A stretch of 64,000 nt of DNA. Source: Entomortierella parvispora E1425. Taxonomy: Eukaryota > Fungi > Mortierellomycota. Numbering within the stretch: position 1 is the first letter of the stretch; each line of letters begins with the position of its first letter. Shown one piece after another: positions 52,301 to 64,000 of the stretch. The position numbers and the translations under genes are program-made. Below the pieces are notes generated by a model, which was not told the origin of the DNA, made no database searches, and saw only the letters and a program-made list of their open reading frames with translations. The stretch covers positions 2,294,001 through 2,358,000 of the forward strand of contig BQFW01000007.1 of the NCBI GenBank assembly GCA_020891255.1, given 5' to 3'.

Positions 52301-55300
52301 GAATCATCAAGTCGCTGGATGTGGATGTGCCAGCCTACAAGGACAACACTCGATCGATGTTGGAGGCTACAGAGATTTTCTTGAACATTGATGATGTCGC
52401 GGTTGCTATCCCGTTGGACAGGCGCGAGGATATTATGGACAGCAGTGAGAGACTCGTCGAGGCCTTCTTGATTTCAGCAACGTCAATTGCCATTCTAACC
52501 AAGAGTGGAGAGACATCATCGGGCACACTCAGTCATCTCTGTGCTCAGTTTGTTCCCCGATTTGACCAGAGCAAGGACGAGCACTTTAGATCTCGGAGTC
52601 ACCCAAAGATCAACCGACTATCGTTCCCAAATATTTCCTGCCAAGTCGAAGCAAGCAAAGACTCTCCAGGCCATCAAAAGATTTCTTCTCAATCTTCAGT
52701 TTCTGGTTTTGAGCTGGACATTGATCCAGCCATCGTGCGCTACATTAACACCCTCGCGGATGTGTATGACAGCAGCAAGGGCTTGGTCACATCCTTGACT
52801 CTGGACCAGGGCAACACCTCTCAAGCAGCAGGAAAATCTGACAACGTGTCGTCATCCTCCACACCCAAGAGCGAGCTGCCAACACCTCACCTCTCCACGA
52901 ATGTCATTTGGAAAATTGAAAATACGTTCCAATGCAGCAAAAGCGTCTGCCGATTTTATCCAAAGAGCTATGTGGCCAAGCTTCCAAAGGCCTCCAAGTA
53001 TATGGACTCTGAGCCCAATTTCGCTCAAATGGGTGCTGAGGTTTCAGGAGTGGATCGCTTCATTATCCCAGGCCTTTCCTTGTGGACAACTCTTCGGATT
53101 CCTTTGGGCGATAACGAGGCAGAACTGGAGGCAGCTGGACCACCCAGAGTTCATGCAGAAGTGAACATTCACTCTAGTGAAAACACCTTTTACCCCTCCT
53201 TGGTCCCATTCTTCCAGGACATTGTGTCAGGCCTCAAGGTTGGCATTCGAAAACAGCGTCAATACTCTGAACCGGATATAGTGGTACCTATAGCTCCTTC
53301 TTCGTCATCCAAAAGCGCAAGCGAAGAGACGAGCTTGGTCGGGTTGGAATCGCCTGCCGTTTCCACCAGCTCCAAGAGGCAAGAACTGGCTGTCACCTGC
53401 TACCTGTTCCTGGAAAAAACAAAGATCGAGTTCAACTGTCAGCCGATGGCAAAGGTCATCTCTATCATGACATTTGAGCAGGGCAACATTTTGATGAGTT
53501 ACAACTCGGACAGAATAGGAAACACGTCGAGCACTGTTGCGGGAACGTTCGAAGGCGCCTCTTCAGACACGCATCACATATTTTCTCAAGACAAGGGTTT
53601 TAAGCTCGAGACCAAGGGCATGATCTTCAATGCTGTTGCGGAAACAAGACGGCAGGCAGAGGTCAACAAGAAGACTCTGTCTATAACTGCGGATTTTAGG
53701 CAGATATCGAGCGACTTTGATTTGCGCCAGGCCGAGATTCTAGTCTTGATGAAGATGATTTGGATGGACCAAGCCAACTATTTGATTCGAGATGGTCTTA
53801 CAGTCAGTCGATCCACCTCTTCCTCACAAGTCTTCGAGGCCCAAAACTCACTGCCATCGCCAGGAACGCCGGTCACCTCAGTGGCATTGACGTCAACAGG
53901 AAAAAGGGAATCAAGTTTCCTAGGATACAATATATTTGTGATTGCTCGACTAGAACAGATCCGGATCACAGGCGACCTTGGATCCCAAGTCGGCAAGATG
54001 GACTTTAAGCTGGACGAGGTGCGCCTACGGACGAAGCTTCGCCCCTTCCACCCTCGTTCGGCATCTGTTTCCACAGGGGCTTTGGATCTTCAGTTCCTGC
54101 CAATGGAGCGCGGCTGGCTTGAAGGCTACCTGATCATTGAAGGTTTCACGCTCGAGTCGCTATCCAAGGTGAACCGACATCAAACATTCCCTTGCTCAAT
54201 CATGGAGGTCGTTGTTCAGACGAAGCGTATGAGCTCAATGCTCTCGTATGATTACAAGATGTTCTTCATTCTGGCGGTTGAGCCGATGCGAATTGTGATG
54301 CAGGATCACTGGAAGGGCCCTAATCTCGAACAGGATGTCTCCCAGGCCATCATGGCCCATCTTCATGGACTCCGATTACTGGCTGGTGCCAAGACCGTTC
54401 CAGTGTTCAAAACGCTTCTCTCTCGACTCTCCAACACGATGGATCAGAAACTTGCAGTGGCAAAAGAGGAGCTCAAGAAACCTCTGCTATCAACGGCGAC
54501 TCTCAGTCCCAACTCGGCGAGAACCAAGTCCCCGCCAACCGTTGAAACCAGACCATTGAAGTTGCAGGACAAGGTTCAGGCAGCATGGAATACAGTCGGT
54601 TTTGTCCAGATATCCTTTGGGGATCTTGACCTCTCCTTCTTCCCGTATTTCTTGTCCGACAAGGAGTGCACGCATGCCAGTGTCCAGGGAGTCAAGGTCC
54701 GACTGGATCGAGATTTAATACAAGGGTACATGAACGCAAAGCCTATAGTGCATCGTTTGACCGAGATTGACTTGGCGCTTTTGAGTCTACAAAAGTACAC
54801 CCTCCAGACTGTAGACCAAGGCACCATCAAAAACTTTACCTTGGACCAGTGGTTTGACCGCATCCGGAATCCAGCTTCGACAACGATTGCAAAACTTCCC
54901 GCGACCAGTCAGGTGATGGAGTCATGGCAGGAGCTTGACAGTCTGGTCGTCAGTCATATCTGCAAGACCCAGTTTGCGGGACTGATTGACATTGCGACGG
55001 ACTATCGATTGTTCCGAGGCGTGGAAAAGAACTTTGAGCGATTCTTGGAAGAGCTGAGCATCCGTAATTTCAAGGACGAGAGGAACCTTGCGCAAGAGAC
55101 AACCGGTATCAAGACGAATGAAGGAACTTCAGGGACTGAGCTACCGTTGCAGCCCGACTCTTTAGCTGTTGTGGCTGCCACTGCCCAAGCGACGGGAGGC
55201 AGTGAGCTTTCAAGAGTGAACAGTCAGGATGCACCCAACACGAATGCGGATCCGAATGCACTTGAAATTTCCATCCCGTCCACGGCTGCCACACTTGCAG

Positions 55301-55956
55301 CTGCTGCAGGAAAGGGTGTTTCTGGATCTCCTTCATCGCCAATCCCCAGGGCTGGAGGAGATGGAACTGCGGCTGGCAACGATGCTGTAGGACGATTTGA
55401 TCCGCTATCGATTTCGACCTCACTGCCCTCACCTAGGTCGCTCCTGCCATCGATTTCACCAGTTCTCCCCGGTTTGATAGCAGAATCGGCGCTCAAAGAC
55501 GATGCTCAGACTACTAACAACCCTGCACCTCCTGTGACAGCCACTGATTCACCAGATCCTACTAGTGGCAATGTTGCAAAAGCAGTCGTCGAGCAAGGTC
55601 CCTCTGTTACCTCACCTTTGACCTCCTCGACTACTGCAACTGCCGCGTCCCCCAATGTCGCATCTGAGAAGGCAGGCGCTCAGCTGATCTTTGAAGCTCG
55701 AGAGCAGATTGTATTTAAACCCACGCTAGATGTCCTGCCCAACACACCCCTGCCCTTGGGACATTTGGGCTTCAAGAAGGAGGATATCCCGCCCATTGTG
55801 CATATTGTGACGACTGGTCTGGAGACGGGTCTTTTAGCGGTAGCAGAGTTCCATGCGAAGAAGGTCGAGATGTCAGGTCTACGAGAGCTTTGGGATGGAA
55901 AAGTGCTGATGGACGATGACGATCCGGAGAAGAAGGACAGCGCCGTAGCCGAATAG
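43338..55956 (+). CDS. CSF1: Csf1/BLTP1 (KIAA1109/Tweek) bridge-like lipid transfer protein, >3,000 aa, many exons
   Basis: N-terminal TM helix, then FYSSRVFAQVVSKLIRWFTW, ESLQIAPLGGRILFKNLRY, GYISFRYWLW, GLEWFMYNRTPAYD, PPEWGIEL, YGPWADRQR and GWLEL. Very long beta-rich body. Confidence 0.9.
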
Positions 55957-56277
55957 ACACGTTGAAGTTGAAGAAAAAAAAGAATGAAGAAAAAAAAGAA
56001 AATTGAGAAAAAAACGTCACGTGTAGTGTGCTTGACTGACAGAATGAAAAAGACGACGACGCATGGTGCAAACACACGACCACCCCTCCTCTCTCCTCTC
56101 TTTTTCTTTCTCTCCCTCCGCCCTTGTCCTTGTCCTTGTCCTCATCCCTGTCCTCCCCTCCTTTATTCACTTTTACGAACTTGGTTTCTCGTACCTCACC
56201 AGATCAGGACACCCCCCCCGTCCACCATCAATCCCCTCATTTTCACACTCAGGACACCCCTCCCACATTAGTTGGAC

Positions 56278-59200
56278 ATGGACCTTTCGCGGTATGCTTC
56301 ATTGCTCCAGACTGCCAAGGCCGAGCACGATGCTAGTGATCTGAAGGTACAAAGAGAAGCGCCAAGCAGTAGAAACAGACAGAATATGACCGAGGAATAC
56401 TGACAGCGTTACTCGCTTTGCCTCGGTGGCGCGTCGTGGTTCTCGAATAGAACGCGTACGGATCGTATCTCAAGGCACATTCGGCCATCATGCGCACTCT
56501 TGGCACTCAGATCGTATTCAGGGACAGGGGTAAGGACACCCAACGCTCTTCTCCTGCACACACTTTCTCGACTACCTCTTTGTTCCACCCGTCTCCATTT
56601 GTCCAGGGACAGAAACAGAAAACTGAAACGTTATCCTCAAACAACCCATTTCTTACTTTTTGCACTCGGACAAGCTTAATGCTCTCGCTAACTCGATGCA
56701 TCCTGCAATGCTCTCTTCTTTCTTTCTTTTTTTATCGGTTGACGTTGGCTCAGATTCGATCGATGTGATGCCTGCAAACTATACTCAGCTGAACGCACAC
56801 GCACAAGAGATCCTCAGGCGACTGAATGACATTGTGGAGACTGCAAAGAGGGACAACACGCGTGTGACAAGGGCGGATACTTCATCCTCGTCGCCCCTGA
56901 CAGGAAGCTCGACACCCACTAAATCATCCTCCTTGACGACGTCGTCCTCTACTGCTCTTGCATCGTCGACTTTGATATCACGACCGGGCATGCCTCCCTC
57001 TGCCCCCTCTCAACGATCCACCGCCACAACGACAACAGCGACCGTGAACAAGAGGACCAAAAAGAATATACCCATGATCCCCATCTCACCTCTCACCAAA
57101 CAAGCGCTCCTGCATTCGTACTCTCTCTCTCAGGTCACGGCTCGTTTTGAACAGGCGAAACAGGGGTCGAGCCCGGACGGGAGCCCAGCCTTGTCCTCGG
57201 GTTCAAGAGATCTGGCCCATCTGCGTAGACTGATCGAGGATGTCCGAATTCAGCGGGCAAAACTGGATGCCGTGAACATCCAGATCCAATCCGTGGCCAC
57301 TTCCACAATCACCTCCTGGGACCCGGAAACTATCGCACGACAGCTGACTATCATTGATATCAGTCTGTTTAAAGATGTGGCCATTCCTCGGGATTTGGTT
57401 CGGTCAGACAGAAGACTTGCGGCCGCTCGGCGTTGTATCGACTTTGAAAACTATGTGGCCCATAGTCTAGCGCATCAGCTTTTGCAGGAATGGGACGCTA
57501 GTCGACAGCATCATTCGTCCAGCAACAGTCCAACAGCAACGACCCATTCCTCTTCCAAAGGCGCAGCCCAAGTACCCAATGCCGTGGCACATTTGATTCG
57601 AATCGCCCAGATTCTCTTGCACGTCTACAGGAACTTCAACTCCTTTATGGCAGTCATGAGGGCCTTGACCAGCCCAGAGATCAAAAGAATGCATAGGGTC
57701 TGGTCTGGTGTCCCATCCAAGACGAAGGATACGTTCAAGAAACTAAGCACTATCTACAACGACCATGGCGATCTTCGAGGATACAGGACAACACTGTTAC
57801 AGAAACTTTCGGCTTTCCAGGACGTAGGCAAGGATGCAGTTGTGGCGATTCCATGGATGAGATTTCATCAGGATGAAGTCAAGTCAATCATCAACTCATA
57901 CCTGACTGGACATGAAACTGCTGGAGGATCGAACGAAATTGTCTTGTCAGCCCCTGGAGCTCGTAAACTGTCGGCAGTGGCGACTCTTTTGCTGCATTGC
58001 AGAACCAACGACTCGAATCTCTTTGACAGACCTGAATCGGACTCAAAGGCGTCTCAATCGGCACAGACAAAGAACCGCGAGCCCATCGCGGTGGAGGGTA
58101 TCAAGACACCTCTAACTCCAACGTGGGACCTTGCCTCCCTTGGTCATGGCGATATCACACTGCATCACTGGATCCTCTCCCGACCCTACCTCAACAAACA
58201 ACAGCTGATTGACGAAAGTTTGGAGATTGAACCCTTGTTCCATGGCGAAGAACTTGCATGTTACTCGAGAATCCTTGACAGCGATGGAGAAGAGTCTATC
58301 TTGTCTGCAGGAGAAGAAACAGGAGCTGCCGAGGAAGAAGAAAATTTTGAACATGTTATCGCACCAGAACATGACCTGGATCCTTTGCCAGAGACGCCTA
58401 CGGCTTCTCAACAAGACTGCCCCATGCTGGCTCGATCTCCAGTTTCGGAAACGGAGCTGAACGACATTATGAACGAACTATTGAATGATGACGACGCTTC
58501 TGACGGCAACGGACTCTTTGGTGAAAGTGGTGACAATGACTCTGAGTCGGATTCAGGACTTGCATCTGGACAAGGATTTGCCTCCCAGCCTCGATCGTCG
58601 ACACGCAACCAGGATGTTCTCCAGTTTTTGGGCATCAACCCTGACGAAGCTTCTGACAGTGATGATGATGGAGGTGAAGCTTTTGGTGCTCTAGATGGCC
58701 CCTCATTGAACAAGGGCAAAGGAAGGGCTGTGGAGGGAGGTTTGGACGATGACGAGATCTCGGCCTTGCTCGCTCAAGTAAAGGGACTTGTTCGGGAATC
58801 CAGTGATCATGCAGAAGCAGCGGAGGCAAGCTTGAACAAATCCAACTTCGAGGAAGATGAAGCGCAACAGGTTGAATCCAAGGAGGAGTCTATCATTTCG
58901 CCTGACAACCACAGCAGCGAGCGCCGGTCGTTTGAGCTGTTTGAAAGGGAGCTGGAGACAAAGGATCCTGTGGATACCCAAGCGCGGAATGACATGCCGG
59001 GATCGGACCCTCTTGGTCTGGGTATCAAGAGAGATGTCCCATCAGCAAGCTCCACGCCACCTCCTCGATCACTGTTCTCATTGGAGGCCATGCGGATGCA
59101 GCTTCAAAACCTGGACAATGGCCCTGAAATCGCGCCCGTCGTCGAGGACACTAAAACAGAAGCGGTTGAAAAGACGTCGCCCGATTCTGCAGGGTCGGGA

Positions 59201-60832
59201 AGTACAGGAACAGAACAAACAGGAGACATTTCGCCCGATCACAAGGTTGAGCTGCCATCATCTCCACCCACCGCCACCTCTACAGGAAACCCATTCGCGC
59301 CGTTTATGAGCGCAAAATCACCTGTATCTTCTCCAGAAACCTCCATATCGCCACTGGTCAAGGGCAGACGCAGAAAGCTCCAAGTGGATCGACCAAAGGC
59401 AACCTCAACGGACACGATCCCCCACATTCTCAGCCCACCACGACCAGCCGTCTCCTTCGGATTTGATTCAGCAGAATCAGATATGGCAGAGATCGAGGCC
59501 AAAGCCAAGCAGTCCTTGGCTAGCCATGCCGCATTGAGTGAGGCTATTCATGGCGCTTCAGAAGTGGATCATAGCAAAGAGGATGACCCACTCTCGGAAC
59601 CGACCCAGGAACTGGAGGACACCTCAGCTGAGAAGGGGGAGGAGGCCATGGCGTCAGTGGTGACACTTCAGGAATTGGATAAGGTAAATCAAACTGATGA
59701 ATTCATGAATGATTTTTTATATATATATATTTTTCTGGCCACCTCAGTGGAATTTTCTGTACACAAAGTCAGCTGAACCAATCCACTCCAGAATATCTTG
59801 GATAGCTCTCTGCCGTCTTCAAAGCCCTTGGCCGAGGATTTACCATCCACTTTGACAACGTTGACGACACCGGCCACAAAAGAGGCAGAGGACTCGATGG
59901 CTTTCATTCAAGCTGCGCATATTGGCACGACCACTCCAGCGATTCTCTTGAACACCCCCAATACCGACAACAAGGATCCATTCACACTCGGGGACAATCT
60001 TTTCAGCAGCACTATTGAGAAGAGTGATGCCAGCACACTGTCAGAATCACATTCGACTGACCACGCGTTGGATGGAGCCTTCTTGGCGGAAGAGAGCTCG
60101 GACCAGAAGGGTCATGATTCAAAGGACTTGTCCAAGGATACTCAGAGTTCCACGTCACTTTTGGACAAGGATGATCAATATCATCTTGATGGTCATCTCT
60201 CTGACCAGGGTCCAGAGGATCATCTTCTGGCCGGCGAAAAGAGTCCTCCGAGCGATGATGGCAAAACGAGAGCCAATCGTCAGCGCCGAAGAAAAGAAGG
60301 GGGTTTGATCTCCCTTCCAACGCCGTCCAAAACCCTGTTGTCCATGAGCTCAACAGGATCACTCTCGAATGCCTTCCATGCCAGTGCCTCGTCGTCGGCT
60401 ACGGAGACAACAGACGCGAATACGTCAATGACGATTGCCGGACAGACTAAGGACGGCGAAGCTAGCGAGCCAAGAAGCCATTCTAATGAGCAACACGAAA
60501 ACAGCCCTCACCATGTGACAGCCAGGAAGATGAAGACAAAAACAACAACGATCACAACGACAACGACAACATCCACGGCATCAGAAGCATCAGCGATGAC
60601 GGGATGCACAGACCAGAGCCAGATCGTGGCTCGGTCAGAAAGAAACGACGACATTATGACAAAGACCATTCTCTCCGATGTGGAGGTAGACGTTACTGCA
60701 AGTGAGGTGAGCTCTCGTCTGACAAAGTCACCAGCAGAGGGGGACGATGCGGCGACGATGCAAGAGCAGCGGCAGCTAGGAGAGGGAGCAGGACCGAGAG
60801 GGAGCTCGGATCAAGATGATCCAAGTGCCTAG
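56278..60832 (+). CDS. RasGEF (CDC25-domain) protein with an N-terminal helical (MIT-like) module and a long acidic tail
   Basis: Exons 56278-56346, 56451-56529, 56754-~59682 and ~59789-60832. WDPETIARQLTIIDISLF, YRNFNSFMAVMRALTSPEIKRMHRVW and AIPWM are CDC25-type motifs. Confidence 0.8.
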
Positions 60833-61450
60833 TCGAGGAGAACACGCCAGCTATGGACCCAATAAATGAATGAATGAATGACAACTTTTTTACCGTTTCA
60901 GTACCAGGGAACGAAAAAAAAAAAAAAAAAAAAAAAAAAAAACAAGGAGACAAATGAGTGCATGCGGCAACCAGAGTGGCGCGACATGTCGTCCCTCCAT
61001 CCCCTTCATGGGGTGCATTGTCCTTTTTGTCATGGACAATGATCTAATTAGATCAGCCAATACCTGGCGCGACAAACACGCAGCCACACCACAGATACAT
61101 GATTGACTGTGCGCAAATGGTCGTGAAACACAGCCACCAGGAATCGCCACCTCGCGTGCATGTGTTTTAGGCGCCTCTTTTTTTTTTCTTCTTTCAACCC
61201 ATCTCTCCTCCTCTCCTCCTCTCCTCCTCTCCTCTCCTCCCTCTTTGTCTTGCATTCATCCGTCTTTTATTTCCCTTCTCCTTCCTTCCTTCACGTTGCT
61301 TGCTCGCTCGTTTTGCTCCCTCTCTTTCTCTCTCTCTCCTCTCTATTTCAATCTTTCTATTTCAATCTCTCTCCCCGCACCTCCCTTCCCCAGATTCAAC
61401 CCCAGGGCAGCAATTCACCTCGCGCTACCTAATCCTCTCTTACTTTTTTT

Positions 61451-61496
61451 TTCATTTCCCTTCCTCGCAGACATTCATTTCCCTTCCTCGCAGACA
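61451..61496 (+). repeat. perfect 23-bp tandem duplication in the TOK1 leader
   Basis: TTCATTTCCCTTCCTCGCAGACA x2. Confidence 0.9.
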
Positions 61497-61557
61497 ACAC
61501 TTGGACCAAAAAAAAAAAAAAAAAAGTGAAGAGAAAAAAAGGCACTAGCGCGAACAA

Positions 61558-64000
61558 ATGGCGAGCCTAGCGCCACTGGACATAACAGTAGACCCTCTCC
61601 AGTCGAACTACCTGCCACCCCCTTCATCTCTCCCCTCCTTCTCCCCGTCGCCATCATCACCGTTCGATGTGACGCCCATTCCAAAAAATAACAGTGGATC
61701 AAGTCCAAACAACCACGACACGGACTCACTGACAAGTCCCGTTCGTCCTTCCATATACCCTATCCCCCAGGAAGGCCATCGGATCGTTGACGGAAGCGAA
61801 TTCGGATCTGAAGAATACGAAAAGGAGAGATCCGATCCAACGTTGAGCTCTAGTATTAGCAGCAGGAATCGTGTTACTCTCGGGATGGGGGGCACTCTGG
61901 CTGCCCCCGGTGGAGGCGAAGCGAACGCGTCGCCACAATCCTCCAATTACCCAGACAGTCGAAAGGCGCTTTTGGAATCTTGTGCCTACTCCATGTCGTC
62001 CTCCAACTCTTCTTCGGGTTCCTTGACTGATCAAGAGCCAGAGACGTCGCTCATTAACCCCATGGAAACACCACTGAATCCAGACTCGGTCCCTCATCCA
62101 AAGCTCTCCAAGGTGGGCCCTTATTTGACCATCTCGGCTTTACAGGCCTATACAGTGATGACAGTGGTTCGATGTTTGGCGGATCCCACGTGGATTGTTC
62201 TCAAATCGAGTCAGGACAAGACAGGTGGAGGACAAGAAGATCCATATACGCTGAAGCTGGGACTGATCGGGAAGAAGGAAAGGATATGGCTGTCCTTGGC
62301 GATCGGGTTCTCCATTTTGAACTCGATAGGTGTTACGATGCGCATCATGGATCGAATGACTCGGATGAGGAAGATTGTGGTCGTTTCGACTTATCTGCAA
62401 GGTATGATGAGATCGTCCGCTAGTTGAGGATGGATGATGATTCTTTAAGAGCCGGAAACCATGCAGGAGAACAACGCTGCAAGAAATAATGCAATTTGTT
62501 GTAGAAACTGAAACGACATAGGATCTGTCTGCTCCATACGCGGCAGCACATCTGTCGACCCTGATGCAAGAAGATAGAACTAACCGTAAAACGTTTGCAT
62601 GGCCTTCTAATAGCTGGATTCTGTATCGCAGCGGTGACTTCGTTTCTCAGGGCGCATCAACTTCCTCCAGGAGCGCAATACTCGCATGGTTTTCTATCGT
62701 GCGTGATGACCATGGTTTTTTCCTCCATCATTGCCTTGATGTTGTCCTGGGACTGGTGGCGAGGATTTCCTTCCGCAGGTCTGTCGGCCACATTAAAGGC
62801 GCTGATCGTTGCTTCGTTTGTAACGACCGCCGTGATCCTGGTCGGGGCGACAATCTATACCCGACTCGAAGGCTGGACATTCGATCAGTCAGTCAACTTT
62901 TGCATTGTCTCTTTTGCGACCATTGGCTATGGCAACATCAGTCCAAAGTCGACAGCGGGTCGGATCATCTTTTTCTTTTACGGACTCCTCGGCATCAGCA
63001 CCTTTGGATTCTTCATTGTCTCTCTCAGGAATGCCATCATTGAACAGTTCCAGTGGCGACTCGTGGACAGGTTTTCGCGCCCGGCCCACATGACTCGGGT
63101 CCAGACAAGGATGTCGGCCAAGGACTTGAGTTACCCGATGGCTCGCTTCGAAGAAGAACAGAGGGTCAAACTCTTGATCAAACGGAAAATGATTGTTAGG
63201 ATGGTGGTCATCTGGATCGTACTTTGGTTTGGAGGCGCGGGCGTCTTTTGTGCCTTTGAGAAGTGGAGTTATATCGAATCTCTGTACTTTTGTGTATGTG
63301 TTTATCTTTCTATCCGTATTGGTTCTCAGCGTCTGATACATTGCTCTGACCATCTATTCTCTCTGTTTGAACGAGTAGTTTGTAACTCTGACCACGATCG
63401 GGTTTGGAGACTACGTTCCAGAGGAACCAGGATCGATCGAGTTCTGGAACATTTATGTCTTTATCGGACTCACTGTTTTCGCTTACATCCTCTCTCTCTT
63501 TTCAGAATCCATGGCTTCTCATATTCATCTCGTCGATGATGTGGATGATGATGAGGACGGCGATGGACTGTATGGCTGGGAGCAATGTGAGGACCCCAAC
63601 GCTCCACTGACAACAAGAAGTGCATCTTTGGGACTAGAGGGATTGAAATGGGCCCAGAGTCAACAGATGCCATATCGTGGACCTCTTAATCAAAACGATA
63701 CATCTTTATCCTCTGCACTGCATCAACCGGGACCACAGGCCAACTCGGATCGAAAGCCAGGAGGCGTTCACTTTTGGGACGAGTCTCCAGCTCCCCAACA
63801 GTCATCGGCCAACTCAACAGTAACGGATTCACCAGGGCACCCATTGGCGGATACAGATGGAAACACGGCACCTCCACACCAGAGCATTGATATGTCACAG
63901 CAGTTGCGATTTAGACCAAAGCGGAGAAACTCGTCTGGTCGAATCTTGATGGTTTCAGCCAAAGAGCGGAGGCAGATGCTGCAGGCAGAATACTACGCCA
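61558..64000 (+). CDS. TOK1: TOK-type two-pore-domain outward-rectifier K+ channel (3' end outside the window)
   Basis: Several N-terminal TM helices, pore loop 1 WTFDQSVNFCIVSFATIGYGNISPKSTAGR and pore loop 2 WSYIESLYFC-(intron)-FVTLTTIGFGDYVP. Confidence 0.9.

Noticed and set aside
8296-56023. CACGTGA/TCACGTG E-boxes upstream of several genes (8296, 33958, 34037, 34606, 41586, 56018) as a local regulon of the bHLH gene
   Set aside because: About 8 such 7-mers are expected by chance in 64 kb (both strands), so there is no enrichment.

Overview
Intron-rich eukaryotic DNA. Gene content, short GT-AG introns and branch sites suggest an early-diverging fungus, probably Mortierellaceae (inference). 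Most of the window is ordinary single-copy genes: PFK-2/FBPase-2, GH20 hexosaminidase, TRAPPC10/Trs130, RAB3GAP1, a bHLH factor, a Myb/SANT-like protein, a large coiled-coil protein, Dbf4, a STYX-like phosphatase, Csf1/BLTP1, a RasGEF and a TOK1-type K+ channel cut by the window end. The standout is a disturbed segment at ~33.8-42.9 kb. It holds a 7-exon, ~1,700-codon minus-strand Fanzor1-type (eukaryotic TnpB/OMEGA) RNA-guided nuclease gene at 35843-41453. All three RuvC catalytic motifs and the Zn-finger are recognisable, but the gene has one in-frame stop and one 1-nt frameshift. Its 3' end carries a hairpin/pseudoknot-rich candidate omegaRNA. No transposase or terminal inverted repeats were seen. 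Nearby are a decayed prephenate dehydratase copy, an exact 171-bp direct repeat and a truncated ORF.
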